A program made the position numbers and the translations under genes. From NCBI RefSeq assembly GCF_009914755.1, contig NC_060925.1: DNA of 64,000 nt. One strand, written 5' to 3'. This DNA comes from the human T2T-CHM13v2.0 reference genome, Homo sapiens. Positions 26,290 through 41,644 of the stretch are shown one piece after another (positions within the stretch are counted from its first letter, which is position 1; every line of letters starts with the position of its first letter). Under the pieces are notes generated by a model. The model saw only the letters and a program-made list of their open reading frames with translations, did not search any database and was not told the DNA's origin.

Positions 26290-27573
26290 TAAACAGAAGA
26301 AATGAATTTATAAAAGTAGGAAAACTTCTTAAGTTTGGAGGAATAAAAATTAGTTCTCTAAAATAATCTTAAGTATAGAAAATCCAATTTAAACTCAAAA
26401 GAGAAAACCATTAAGTTTTTGATCACCATAAACAGTATACAATAAATACCAAGTTCTAAATAAGCTAGCATTGACTAAGATGAAGGGATAGAGCACAGAT
26501 ATAATAATAAAAGTTTCAAAATTTTTGAATCAAATTTTATAATCAGATCTTTAAATAACAATTTTATGTGTAATATTTACAACTGCACATATATATTTAT
26601 ATACTTGAAACTAAAGTTAAAATCTTAAAATTAGGTGAAAATTAGATTAGATCAGGTTCTTAGAAGAATTTTAAGATTGAGTAAATATGACATAAGCAGT
26701 TTAAATTTCATAAGTGTTTCTACTTTTTGGTAAAATAGCAATACTAGACTGAATTTTCTAAAAGTACTTTAAAAAATTTTTACTACAATTCTAAATATAA
26801 TTATACGTACTTAAAACTCACTTAATCTGAGAGAACCCGAATAGGTTTTGAGGGCATAAATTGTAGAAATTTTCAATTTATATACATATATATATGAATC
26901 TTTTGGCACCCTAGATTTCTTATGGAATTTACTAGTATTTAGTTGATAAAATAACTAGATTTAGTGTATTACTTATTTTTACAGAAAGAAAAACTAAATG
27001 ACAAAATTTTAGTATTAATATGTTCTTTCTATTCTTGAATAAGTATCCTGAATTTTACAAAATTACAGAAATTATATTAATAATGTCCAATGTATAAGAA
27101 TGAATTGATTTGAAATATATTGGTATATAAACCACTATTTTTAACCTTGATATTTTTTAAAACTAAGTCAAATTAAGGCAAAGATCCTTTTAACAAACAC
27201 ACACAGTTATATGTTGTTATAATTAAAATCTTTGAAATTACCAAAATGAATCTACAATAATTAAAATTATATATTTTTCATAAAGTCCATTTTGGGTATA
27301 TACATTAAAAGTATCCTCTTCTGTCTTATCTTCCCACATTTTTAGAAGTGTCTTTCAATAAAGAGAACTGCTTAGCTGAGATCAAATTTGTTAGTTTTCT
27401 AATTTAAGTACAGTGTTTTTGTGTGCTGTTTAAGAAATTTAAAAACTTTCTCAAAGTTATAAATGTTGTTGATTGAGACCATTAAGAAAAAATACACATA
27501 ATTTTTTGTTTGTTTCTTTTTGGCCCTGAAATTCCTCATCAGCTTCCTCCTCTTTGCCAATCCTACTGCAATC

Positions 27574-28047
27574 TTTTTTTTATTTCTTTTTTTTTTAATT
27601 ATACTTTAAGTTCTAGGGTACAGGAACGTGCAGTTTTGTTACATAGGTATATATGTGCCATGTTGGCTTGCTGCACCCGTCAGCTCGTCATTTACATTAG
27701 GTATTTCTCCTAATGCCATCCCTCCCTCAGCCCCCCACCCCCAGACAGGCTCCAGTGTGGGATGTTCCCCACCCTGTGTCCATGTGTTCTCATTGGTCAA
27801 TTCTCACCTATGAGTGAGAACATGCTGTGTTCGGTTTTCTCTCCTTGTGATAGTTTGCTGAGAATGATGGTTTCCAGCTTTATCCATGTCCCTTCAAAGG
27901 ACATGAATTCATCCTTTTTTATGGCTGCAAAGTATTCCATGGTGTATATGGGCCACATTTTCTTAATCCAGTTTATCATTGATGGACATTTGGGCTGGTT
28001 CCAAGTCTTTGCCATTGTGAATAGTGCCTCAATAAACATATGTGTGT
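27574..28047 (-). mobile_element. L1PA (PA6-7-like) 3' end, 5'-truncated, sense to DPYD
   Basis: TTATACTTTAAGTTCTAGGGTACA end; ORF2 C-terminus ..KTWNQPKCPSMINWIKKMW.. in ORF 27797-28087; 13-bp TSD ATCCTACTGCAAT at 27560 and 28048. Confidence 0.96.
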
Positions 28048-28262
28048 ATCCTACTGCAATTTTTAACTTTACTTGGGCCTCCACCACTGTAGAGGAACAA
28101 GTTCATAAAAGAATTAAAGAAATAACAAAATTATTGGACATAAATTTTTTAAGGTCCATTCCTAGCATAAACAGCAGGGTTGGAAGATTACTTGACTATC
28201 TAGTTTTTCTAGCCACAGAGACAGGAGATAAACACATTCTTGGATTAAAATAAGAGACAGAA

Positions 28263-28625
<363 letters not shown>

Positions 28626-29874
28626 TCAGTGATGCCAGGAATTGAAGACAGCCAAATTTCTGATTTAGCTGAAATACCGTGTTTCAGAGTACCTTCACTA
28701 TAATGAGTAGAAGCGGCAACCTTAATAATAATTTTATCAGGAAGTGGTTAAAATGGCATATTCTGCCTTGATGTGGAATGGGAAACCCAAAATGAGTATT
28801 AGGCTAACTAACAGAAGAACAAATGCTCCATGTTTTACACTTTGTGTCTGCATGAAGTTTATTATACCCAACAGAACAACAAAGGAAATAAGTAAGCACT
28901 GTAGCATTTAAACAGTTAACTATTACCTTGACTAAAAATACTTCTGTATACAGAAATTGAAATCAAATCTATTTTTTATGCTTCAAGAACCATATGTAGA
29001 AGCACTAAGTAACAGACACATGATTTGAATTATATTTCAGACAATATTAGGCTCTTGCCATATAGAATAAGTATTTCAAGCAACTAACATCTTTATCTGC
29101 TCAAACTTCTCATAAATAAAAGTAAGCATTAAATATCCACTGAGTAAAGGGCAAACAGATTCACTGTCACGTTTACCACCAATAACACTTCTCTAACATT
29201 AAAGACAACTGCAGGTAAAATTGAGCCAGCGGCCTCCAATCAAAATCTGTTCTCAGCCCACTTTATATGAACATGGATCTGAGAAAAACTGTAAATTATT
29301 TGTAATCAACAAGTTATTCATTCTTGGGGATTCTGTAAGTTAGTATAGGACTGTCCCAGAATACGATTTCAGTGGTAAGTATCACATAGGGGACTTACTT
29401 TACAGGATAGGAAAGTTCATAAAAATTCAAAAAAATTATCCATGGTAGTGGCTTGTGATTTCCACCCTCCAAGTGCCTCCTAATTTCCTTTGACCAATAT
29501 AATGGCATGAGAAACCTACAACCATCACAGCAGAAGAAAGGAAAAGGCAACAGATAAAAAGAGAAAAGGGGACAGAGAGAATGAATGAACAAACTACTCC
29601 TGAGAACAGCAAGCAGAAGAACAAAAATAATCAGTGATTAGTAATAAAATACTGGAACAAAACGCAGGCCTGCTAGCCTAGACAATGTGGAGCAAGAAAG
29701 TGGGAATACACAGGAAAAATGGAAGGTCACAAAGGTACTAAATTTAATGCCGACCAGACATGCCATGTAATATAACAGGCACAGGTTAGCTCTAATTAAT
29801 TGGTAGAAAACTGAAAATTCGGAACAATTTGTATCAGCAACCATGGTACACATTATAGCTTTAATATATAATGT

Positions 29875-29876
<2 letters not shown>

Positions 29877-29925
<49 letters not shown>
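29877..29925 (+). repeat. (TG)24 microsatellite
   Basis: Uninterrupted TG run. Confidence 0.97.
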
Positions 29926-29927
<2 letters not shown>

Positions 29928-29934
29928 TAATTAT

Positions 29935-30160
29935 AGTAAACCAGTTAACATTGAGTAGTGACTCTGGGTTAGGTACTTTTTCTAGGAAGTCTAACCATTT
30001 AATCTGCATGAGAACCATATGTATTCCTATTTTACAAATGAGGAAACAACCACAGGGGAGATTAAGATAAAGCTTGCCCAGGGTTATACAGCTAGCAAGG
30101 GATAAAGCAGGGATTTGAACCCAAGCAGTCTAGCCTCAGAGCCAGACTCAAACTCCTCGC
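29935..30160 (-). mobile_element. MIR
   Basis: CCTATTTTACAAATGAGGAAAC..CTTGCCCAGGGTTATACAGCTAG..GGATTTGAACCCAAGCAGTCT. Confidence 0.85.
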
Positions 30161-31359
30161 GAGTCCGCTTCTAAAGAGTAAACTGCATAAGTGAATATAA
30201 TAAAGTTCTGAATAGGCCTTCCTCTAGGTGTCATCAAATTTAAATACTGAGCTGGATGGAAAATAGTTTACTAGCAGAGTCAAATGTAGCAGAAGCTCTT
30301 GCAGGATTCTGTCTACATCTGTCTGGAAGTGCTATACTTTATAATGTAGAAAAATATGGAATCCAATATACACATTTAGGCCAAATTAATACCCATAAAT
30401 ATTTTGCATGCAACAGTCTTTATTTGGGTCTGTGACACCACCGTGACAAATATAATGAGCAATTAAATTCCCAAGTGTTCAGATTTTGGCAGCAATTGAA
30501 GTAGAAACTGGAAACTAAGCATCAAAAAGAACTGGTTTTGGTGGCCTCCTGCCAAATGAATCCCCATGGGTTGAGGGAAGGTCTAGAGTTTCAACTGTGA
30601 TAGATTTCATAGTGTTTTATATCTCATCTGTGTTAAGGATTCTATAAAAGTATAATGAAACAAGTAGAACACCAACAGTCACATGAAAGAAAATAATATA
30701 CAAGGAGATTTCAGAACGCTGAGGATTTTAAATAAAATTCACTGAGTTATCTTTGCTCAAATTATACCAAAAAAATCACAAAATTCAACCAAACACCTAC
30801 TGATTCTGGATGGAGGTGGAAAGAGGCAAAGAAAAAAAAAAAAAAAAGAACAGCTAGCAAATTACATTATTAAATAAAACAAATCACTGATAATTCCACA
30901 GGACTTTATTTCCATGGGACTGAATTTTTATGTTATAATTATGATAACTAAAACTAAATCAGATCTAAAATTTATATACAAACCTAAATTGAATAAATTA
31001 GGAAACCAATTTTAACAAATGAAAAGTCACAAAGAGTTAATGGCATAGCTACTGGAGTTTAAGTCTCAGAATTACTAAGTAACAAAGGCTCGAGTTAATG
31101 AATTAAATTTCAGTGCAGAAAAAAAAATCTTGAAAATCTATTACATGTCAGGAATAATACTATGCACAGGGATATGAAGGTAAATAAGACAAGACTTCAA
31201 CTTGCTCACATGTAGTAAGAATACAGAGGAGAGAAAGGAAATAATTCTCTTGGAACAAGAGATGACTATGAGTTTGTTACTTCCAAACCTGTCTTTGAAA
31301 TGATTTACAATTTTCCAGATTAAGAGAAAAAAAGGGGGAAGGCTAAGGTAATAAAATTG

Positions 31360-31510
31360 GCTCTAGCCTCAGACCTTACCATTACTGTCTACAGGCTAAG
31401 TCCTTAGGCAAGTTAATTAACTCAGTTTCCTCATCGTGAAATATACTTACCTTCTAGAGCTATCAACAAGATTAAATGAGGTAATATATGTAAATCCATT
31501 AGTACATTCA
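31360..31510 (+). mobile_element. MIR
   Basis: CCTTAGGCAAGTTA..CTCAGTTTCCTCATC..GATTAAATGAGGTAATATATGTAAA. Confidence 0.75.
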
Positions 31511-32106
31511 GCAACGACGTTTTCAATAAAGGTGGAAAAAGAGGAAAGAATAAACAGAAGAAGAGTATCCATGAACCCCAACTCAATCCTAATGGATCAG
31601 ATTTTATATGGTGAAATAGAAAAAAATGTGCATTTTTCATGTTTAACCAGGTGATTTTTATGAATAATAAAGTAAAAGAAAGTCTTTATGGATTTTTTTA
31701 AACTTTTTGGTCATAAGACTCCTATGAGAGTATAATGAAAACCATGATCCTTTTACTTAAAAAATTACATTTTCACAAAAGTACATATGCACAAGTACAC
31801 AATATGCTATGCTATATACAATTTCAGTGGGCCAATACAGCTCCTGAAGCCCATCTATGGCCCAACGTCTATGTGCAACAAATTTTAGTATCAGGGAGGA
31901 TGATTTCACAATGGACCTAGACAGCTTAGAAACGGAAGTTACAAATATAATCAGTAGTCCAAGAACCTTGTGAAACAAGGGGTCCAAAAGTTGGCAAATT
32001 TCTATTGCTGTTTGACAATAAAGCATCTTAAGTTCAAACATCAAATTTCTAATTTAAAAAAAGACACAAAAGTCAATCCTGTTGCCAAGCTAGAAATGAA
32101 AACCAG

Positions 32107-32180
32107 TCATTCATTCATTCATTCAATATTTATTTAGAACATAATGGGTGCTAGATAGTATGCTAATCATTGAGACACCA
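32107..32180 (-). mobile_element. L2 3' terminus
   Basis: (TCAT)4-TCAATATTTATT tail typical of an antisense L2. Confidence 0.6.
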
Positions 32181-32974
32181 AGGTTTAAAACCTTTTTTTT
32201 AACTCCTTATTTTGAAAAAAAAAAGCCAATTCAATAGGGTAACTGTTATAAGGTAAATAGGCCTCACATCCATTGCCATGTATTAGTGATATATCAGCAA
32301 TAATTACAAATCTCAGCTGGTTGAAAACCTGCAGGATACTAAATTTTGAAGGAACCTCAGAGAATTATCACAAGGGAAACCACCACTCTTATGAAGGCAA
32401 TGATAAATTTCATATTTTAAAATATGAGGAATATTTAAATAAAATGGCACACTCCAACATGTACTGCTACAATTCTAAGGCAGTTCAATGTTGGTTACTA
32501 CAAAGCTTTTCTTTAGGACATAAAGTAAATTGGGAAAAGGTAATACAAGTACATGCATTTCTCATGTAGTTAGAATTTCCTAAGGTCTAGGTTCCTCTAA
32601 AAAAAAAAAAATGAGTCAATTAGGTGAACTTACTCTTTCTGGAAAATGTTGTATCTTAATTTTTGCACTCAACAAGAAGTCTCAAAACTAGCCCTGCTGA
32701 AGTTCTTTATAAGTACAAGTAAGAAATAATTACTATATTCATATTTTTTTAATTCTAGATGAACATTCTACTATCAATATATGATTTCCAGTTCTAATCA
32801 AGAGATTCATATTTCAATAGATAATTGCTTTTCCCTTTGGTGTGTCTTAACTAGTCTAATCCTTTCAGGGAACATTAAGAGGTAATCATATTTAGCTAAT
32901 GTCATTTCACTAATTGTGGCCAGCTTACAATCAGGCCCTGTCTAGGAGAATCTTATATGAGTCACAGTGAAATA

Positions 32975-33200
32975 CAATATAATGCAGTAGGAGAGGTAGG
33001 AGCTATGCAGAGAGAAAATTTGTTTTTGAGTTTCATCTCTACAACTAAACAGCTTATGTGTTCTTACAAAAATGCTTAACATCTCAATCTGCAAATAGTC
33101 CTTCATAAAATGAAGGTATCAATGAAGATGATGAAAGTAATATTATCCACTCAAAGTGTTATTGTAAAGATTAAAGTAAATAAAAACATGTATGTGAAAA
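32975..33200 (+). mobile_element. MIR, diverged
   Basis: TCTCTACAACTAAACAGC..CTTAACATCTC..GTTATTGTAAAGATTAAA..ATGTATGTGAAA. Confidence 0.55.
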
Positions 33201-36200
33201 TATATACATTGTTCAAACATTATTACATATTTTTAAAAGATAGAATGAATCTCATTTCTGCCTTCATAGTCTGAAAGTATGTTAATTTTATTTGAAATAT
33301 TTTAAGATTTCATCTCTCATACACAGTAAGAATTAAGTAATATTTTAGTACTTTTTTGAGATAAATTAAAAGTTTAGCTACAGTATCCTACCTGCTGATA
33401 ATTCATTCCTATATCTATGAGAGGTCAACAAAGTTCAGGATAAAGTATTTGCTTTTTAATCATAATTTCATATTTAAAATTACAATGCGTTTGTTTGCAT
33501 AATGTATGGTTATATTTTGATTGAGTCTCATATGGTTTACATGATAATCAAATGAAACACAGTATCATTATTTCAATATATATTGTGGAGTTCTATGTCC
33601 CATGTACTGCCAACCACAAACTATTATACAAATATTGATATTTACTATTTTGGAAGCCATTATAATTTACTTACTCACTTAATCTTGACAAGAGGGAAGG
33701 CTCTCCAAGAGCAATTTAAAAATGAAAATCTACTATTTCAACCAGGGAAGCCTGCTCACCTTTAAGCTCTGAACAATCTGACCCATCTCCACTAAATTAA
33801 TTACCACCACAGGGAAACCACAGCTACACAACTGCTCTCTAGGATATTATCCCTATAAGGATAAAAAATTTGATGTAATCTAGAGGCTTTAAACTTAAAA
33901 CAATCCCTTGTCCTTGATGGAGTTTTTGCTGAAGCATCTGGCAATCCCTGCTAGACTAAGTGGTGTCTAAGCAAATGAGGAAAACTTTGGTATCAGGGAT
34001 GGGGTGCGGGTGGCAAAGTCAAATAAATCCACTGTTACTACTTGAACATCAGTGGTGTTCCTCTGTCTCAATTTTGGATGGTTAATTTTTTCATCTATGT
34101 TTATAGGATTATCACTCACTTAAGAATGTTAAATGTCTCATTTACTCAATCCAGTGATTTTGTTCATGCATTTATTAGTAACACAGAAAACACGTTATTC
34201 TTAGTCTTTGGAAATCAAGTTTTAATGTATGCTTAATCTAGTTAAAATATAGAAAAGTCTATTTAGATGGTATGGCTGTGTAATGCAGTGCATGATGTAC
34301 TGTAATAACACCACCCAGTGTGTGTAAGATTAAAGTTAGACACCAGGTAAACTCACAGATGTAAACAGTCTTTTCTCTAGAACATACTTAGAAGGATCAC
34401 TTATTTTAAAAATACGTTGTTTAAAAAACAATTAACATATGAATATGTATTACCTTAAGCTACCTCAATTCTCTGATTGGAAAAAAAAACCTTGAGATCA
34501 CAATGGAGTGGGTCAGTTCAAACAGAAACAAGGAATTTACTAGATTAGGGCTCTAAAAATTAACAATCTTTGGTGTATCATGAATTTTAAATGTACATTA
34601 CAAAGAAAAATATGCAAGCCAATTTAACATAAGTCTCAATAAATAGTGCCTAAATTGATAAACTGATTTTTGTTTACAAAGAAAAAATATGCCTAAGATT
34701 TCCATATACTGTACACAGTTATGGAATGGTTGGTACTAGATAGATATCAAATAAAAAACCTAAAATAGTATTCATGATCATTTATCTTTAAAAGCACATG
34801 TGTGCATTTTAATACATGAGGAAAGATTAATAGAACCATTTAAGTTTTTGTGTTAAGTTAAAATTCAGAGAAGCAATCATTTTTAAGTCACAAAAGATAA
34901 AGCCTTCCAATATCCTTCTGGTTTTGGAGGAATAAAGGCTTTTACTTGACAGTTACTTACATGAATTTGTATCAAAAAGAGAATTTGGCAGAGACTTCTA
35001 AATTCATAACAATTGTCTATTAGTCTGTTTTTAATAATTTTTCTTTGGCATGTAATCCTCTTTAATTAGATTCCACTCTCTGTTGTTTCAAGACTCCATA
35101 AACGGGTGTCTTATGTACCAGCTGCTAAAGCAGGAGTTACTGTCTAAATGATATTCACAATGAGTATTTAGAAGGTTTACAATTATACCCTTGCTAATAA
35201 ATTGTGCTATTTTCCCCAACAATTTTAAGTGCTAATCTTCAGAAGGCATTTTAAAATTAGCTAAAATTCTGTCAAGAGATTTACAAAAATTGTTAGCATG
35301 AAGATAATTATGTCACAGTCCTTGGACTCCATCTCTGATTGTGTGCATAAATCAGAAAATGTCAGCTGTGTTTTCCCTTAATAATTATCCTTGCAGCAAT
35401 ATATTATAGTCTAAACTCCTATTATAATTTCTGTTTCTGGTTTCTAAAACACCAGACAGTTATTTCAAAAGTTTGGAACCGAATAAATAATTCATATTTC
35501 CCAGAATAATAAGTGATTATCAATTCTAAAATTGTAAGTATTAGCAATAAATAGATCAATATGGAAAAGATAAACTCTGTTTTCATAAACTCTCCATCCT
35601 GAAAAACCAAATGCTTGAATGTGATAATGACTTTTTAAAAATATTAATTAGGTAAAAATCTAACATAGCAGATAGTAGGCAAATAGAAGCAGGGATCTGA
35701 ATAGAATTCTAAGGCACCCACTATTTTTTATTCCAACAGCACAGACACTTGAAACACAGATGTCTGAAATACATATCAAGTTGCTTATCATCTGATACTA
35801 TCCAATTTTCTATATTTCTTATTAAGTATATAAAATTTTGACCCTCATTTTAGAAGATACAAAATAAAAAAGAATTTTTTGACTTTCATCCAAATATCAA
35901 AAATTATAAGTATGCTTTTATTTTCTCTGGTTAAACAGATTAGACCAGAAATATAATTTTTATGCAAGCTCAGTAATCATGTTAAAAACAAGTCTCAGAC
36001 AGCAGTCTTTATAATAAATTAGCTAAGCATTTTGTTTAGTATGTTTCTAATACTATCAAGCATTTCAGAATTCACAAAGATAAAAAAATCCAGTTCTCTA
36101 AATACTTTAATGCTGTAGCATATCAAACTCAGGTTTATTATATAAACCATATAAATCCAGATATAATAGTAACGGTATGTGGCTCAGAGTTGTGGGTATT

Positions 36201-36399
36201 CAAAGACAAGTGAAAAACAGAATATATTTTCCTAGAACATTAGGTTCACGGAAACTATTTTGGAAAAAGGTTTTAAAATTTTGCTCATCAACTGTAATCA
36301 ACAGAGTCAGATTTTTCAAGTTACTCAATATTGTGTTCTTTCCAATTGTGTGTTTCCTCGGAGTAGAAACAGTCATGTAACTTAAAAATAAAAGAACTT

Positions 36400-36705
<306 letters not shown>

Positions 36706-37049
36706 AAAAATAAAAGAACTTGAGTATTACTACTGAAGTTAACATAAACTTTTCAATCACATCAAATGAACAGGGCCAATGCTAGAACAACAGGGACTAT
36801 AGGAACTAGAATCCGTGATTTCCGCAGATCCTCATGAATCAATTTTCTGAAAAATAAGTTTATAGCCTTAAATCAGACTTCCTTACACCTTGGTTAAACC
36901 AACCAGCAAACAAAACTTTCTCCTACAAAATACATCCACTTCTTTCCAAAACCACTTCCTTTAAAAAACGTTTTAGTAACAAACATACTATTAACCTTCC
37001 TTCCTTTCACAGTATACTCCCCAATATATAAAGCATGTTGAAAATTACG

Positions 37050-37850
37050 CATATTGTAAATGGTTTAATTTTTTAACTTCAAATCTTAATATATTCAATT
37101 ACAAAAGTAATATATGCCCTTTTATAAGAACTGAATACAAAGTTATGTAACAATAATTTTCTGTCTCCAACCTAACATCTAATTCTACTCCAGTGAGCTA
37201 GATTACTACCTTTCTATAGTTTTCCATGCTCACACAACACGTTTTATGTTGCAGTTTTTTGTGTGGGGTATGTGTGTGTACTTCTTGTTTCTCAGTGGGG
37301 TCTACTTACTTAAAAACATCAGTCAGCAATTCTTTGTGTGTGTGTGTGTGTGTACCACAAACAGGTGGATCTACCACCAGGTCAATAAATATGACTATAA
37401 AATTCCAAAAACTTCTCAATATTACATATTTTACTTAACAATTTTCTTAATGATGGAATCATAGTTTTATTTCCCTAGAATTTTGCTGTTAGGAATAATG
37501 CTATAATATATCCTTGTACATGTGTGATGGTGACTTCTCTTACTAGGGGATAAATTATGGTGAAAATGACAGGATCTTTTTTTAACCATTTTGATATACA
37601 TTACTAGACAATTCACCACAAGTTTGTAGTAATTCACAATCCACTAGCAATGTATGAAAGAGCTTAGTTGCCTAAAACTTTGCCAGTGCTAGACATTATT
37701 AATCTCCTACATATGCCAGTTGGAGACTGAAAAGCATTTTATAATTCCCTGGATACTAATGAGGTGGAGCATCTTTTCATGTGTTTATCGGCTATTTACA
37801 TTTTATTTTTAGATATTGCCTATTCATATCCTTTGCCATTTTTGTCATTT
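37050..37850 (-). mobile_element. Old L1ME 3' fragments
   Basis: CCACTAGCAATGTATGAAAG..ACTAATGAGGTGGAGCATCTTTTCATGTGTTTATCGGC..ATTGCCTATTCATATCCTTTGCC. Confidence 0.75.
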
Positions 37851-40741
37851 ATGTCATAAATATATTCTCAATAATTTTCCCTTCACTTGTGTAGAGTAAC
37901 TTTGGCCACACAATAGTTTGTTGTTTCTCTTTAAAGGATATTAAGAATAACCAAAAAATGACATAATGTTTGAGATAAAGCTATAGTGGATTTTTAGAGG
38001 AAAATGTATAGCATCAAAATATAAATCAGGAGACAACAATAAAGTATTGAAAATTATAAAGTGTTTTTTTAAATGCACGACAAAAAAAAACCCAGAACAC
38101 CCTCTCCCTTAATCAACGAAATAGGAGTAATTTTTTAAGCCCAGTGCTGTAATATTTTGGTTGAATCTGCTTTGGGCCAAAGTGAAGCATCCAAGCGGAA
38201 AATGGGGTTGTTATTCATCTAAGTCTAAACCATAAAATGTAATACATAGAAATAATTTCTGAATAACTGGTTGAAAATGGAGGTTAACTAGATACTGTAT
38301 TTTTCTGGGATTAAAGGATGAATATCAACAATATTCCTTATTCTTTGCCACATTCACCATTTCATCCCATTATTTTTTATGATGTCTTCATTTCCCAAAT
38401 ATTTAAAATTAAAATATGTGAAGAAAACATCAGTAGGGTAAGTTTTTTGTCTTATTTCTTTTTAATTATTAAAAAATATGACATTAATTGGAAAAATGAA
38501 TGGAGTTATGTGCACAAATGATGTGAAATCCATGAAAGGCAGAAGCATGAGGGGATTTCACTGCATCTAGGCCTGGCCACTTTCCAAATTCAAGGAACAA
38601 CAGCCTCACTCTCAAATTATACTTTGTCTCCAAGAGTTTATTTTTTCTCAATAGGTTTATTTCAGTGATAAAACAGTTGAATTATATACATACGAAGTTT
38701 CCAAAATTATAACTTTTAGTCCATTTTAATCAAATGGGCATGAATGTGGACAGTTTGCTCTTCTGACCTTCACTGGAAGAAAGTGTAGGTGTAAGAATTT
38801 TTCTCCATGAAGAAAAAATGATGCTGTATCAGAGGTTAAAAACTACAAGTAAAACAACTTAAGTTAATTGTTCACCCTAACACAGACATTTGCACATTTG
38901 GCCCATTAAAGTATTCTTACAACTTTGGGCATGATTCATTTTTTAAAAAATGTAAAGAAACAGTATATTTATGGTACATGACCAAAATGCTGCAATGAAA
39001 ATGAAATTTGAAAATTGAATGAAGAGAGTTGATTATGTAGATTGCAAGGCTCAGATAATTTACATGTGATGAAAATTACAGTATCAGTTTTAAAATTAAT
39101 GGCATTATCACTCATCATTATTCCCTGAACTGATCCTTTTATGAGATTATCACAGAGACAAGAGAAGATTGACCAAAAGATTAGTGACCCTTTCATCTCA
39201 TCATAATCCACAAGTGGCTTAACTTGTCATCAAAAAATATACTTATCAAAATTTCTATCAACACAGCCTGGAAATATTGCACTGTACTGCTTCTTTGACT
39301 TAATTCTGAGTATCTCTTACTAGTGATTATGTTGATGTATTTTACAAGCAGTGAAAAAGGAAACTGATGGCATCTCTCCCCACATGACTGTATGCAATCT
39401 TCAATGCTATGACAGCTCAAGAATGATAATCGCCTCATTGCTGAAATGAATATCTGACATAAGTATTTAATTTAAACCAGTTTCCTGAACCTGACAGGAT
39501 CATAGAAACAGTATCCCACCAATTTACCTAAAGGGAGTAGCAGGGGAAAAAAAAAATGTTTGTTCCCAGATATGGAAAATTCATATATCATTTTAATGTC
39601 AAAATGAGCAAATCTTATAGGAATCTAACATACTCAACATTATGCTTATTTTTTGTTTGTTTTTATTATTAATTCTATTAAAATAGAATGCAATCTCTAG
39701 GAGACAAGAAATTTTCCTGTATTTCATTCACTACTGTATCTGAAGGGCTTAAACAGAGTCTGACCCATTCTAGAAGTTCAAGGAATAAATAAAAAATATA
39801 TTATATGTAGAATAAAAATTTGCATTATTATTAAAATTAAATAAAGACTTCATAGATATTGCCTTTTGTGGGCTAAGGGCCTGGATCTTCTCTAGTAGTC
39901 AGAGGCTTCTTTTTTTACTATTAGTGGAATTTCACTGGAAAATTTGATATGTAGTCCCTTGTTGATAAAATTCTTAAAAACTGACTTGCTACACAGGGAA
40001 AGATGTTAAGCATATTTTAATTTTATTTTTAATCAACTTTGGCGATATATAAAGTAACATTTTTATCAAACATATTAAATATTTCAACTTGAACTGAATA
40101 GCTATATTGTTATCCTTGTTAGAATAATTAAATATTGGCTACAATCATCAATAGAATAACAAGTATAATAAAATTAAATTGTCAGTGCATATGTTAATTG
40201 CAGAGAGGAAAATATTCTAGAGCTTAATTTTCAAATGGTCTTTCAAAGGAAGATCATACTAGGTGGCATTCAAGTTGATTTTCTCTCTCACTAATATATA
40301 TTTATTTCTATCAGAAGACATTTTAATACAATTGAGTAATCCAAATATTTCAATGCTTTCTACAATTCATACAGGAACTTATGTTGCATAATGATTCTAC
40401 TAAATGCAACTATTAATACCTTTTACTCTTCTACTGATTTCATTAATTATTATAACTAACATCACGATTATTATTTTAAACAGCTTAAATGTTGACTAGT
40501 TCTACAAAGTTATCAGCCCTCTATTCACTGACACATTGCTGAAATCATTAAACTGGAAGGGGCTTTAAGAATGCAATAAACGTTTGTTAAGGTGAATTGA
40601 CACTAGTGCCTATTTATAAAGTTATGAAGAGAAAATCTATATTGTTTAAAAGATCTCTAAAAAACAAAATTCATAACCTCTCAAGGATTTAAAATCTTCA
40701 TCTTAGTACATTTTTTAGTTCTCATCTAAAGCACTTATACT

Positions 40742-40827
40742 TCCCATCCTCTTGTTCTGCACTTGGTGGAGATGTTCAATAAATATTTGTTAAATCCCAT
40801 CTTCTTGTTCTGTACTCACTGGAGATG
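40742..40827. repeat. 33-bp direct repeat flanking an L2-like 3' end
   Basis: TCCCATC(C/T)TCTTGTTCTG..TGGAGATG on both sides of TTCAATAAATATTTGTTAAA. Confidence 0.8.
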
Positions 40828-41644
40828 GAAAACAGCTAGTCTTCTTTCTCTTATAAGAACCCTTCATCCTTAAAGACTGTTATTAACTCCCCACTCTTCT
40901 AGTCTCAAGCCTGAACAATCCAATCTTTTAGCCTTCCTTCATCATCCTGACTTCTCTTAAGTCTCAATTTATACAGACGCCTATCTCAGAAAACCTACTC
41001 AGGGTCTCAATTTCCCTTCTTATTAATTGAGCTTAAAATTGGAAAAGTTACCCAATGCATTTAACCAATTTTTACCATAATCAACAAAATATTGCTTTAC
41101 AGCTTCTCACTATAGCAATAACTCACCCCTACACCTATCTATATGTTCTTTTGAATATAAATAACACTTCAACTCACTAGAACATTCAGATTTAGTAGAA
41201 GAGGCTATTTTACCTCATAGCAAATAATATGTTTCTCTTCAGTATAGGCAACAGGATTTTATCTTAACTTCCCTTAGCATAATCTGATTGTCTGGCCCAA
41301 AGCCATCATCTATGGAGCCTTCTGAACAATCCCCAGTGGACATTACAATATTGACTGTGTGAGAAATTTTATTTTCCTAGACAAGTTAGAAATGTGAACT
41401 TGGTTTTCTTTAACACTTATTTATAGCATTCAATCAGACTGACCTTGTTTGATGGAATACCTAAAGGATACTCATGTTTCTTTCCATAAGAAGTCAAATG
41501 TTCATTAATTTAGTAAGCAATACTCTAAACCCTCCATAATTATTTTCATATGTACAGCATTTGTATGAATTTGATCTGTATGAATTTCCTAGAAAAAAAT
41601 TTACAATACTTTTAGAGTTTATTCTAAATATTTATTCTAAATAT

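Noticed and set aside
27762-28253. 163-aa plus-strand ORF and 96-aa minus-strand ORF
   Set aside because: Truncated L1PA ORF2 C-terminus and its antisense frame; no promoter or splice support.
31444-31462. Perfect AAG|GTAAGT donor in an antisense MIR with AGs 3 and 9 nt upstream (microexon?)
   Set aside because: The pyrimidine tract is ~70 nt away from the AGs, the site is repeat-derived, and isolated strong donors are common in long introns.
31690-31880. Possible MER103/Charlie-type DNA transposon remnant
   Set aside because: Similarity too weak to call by eye.
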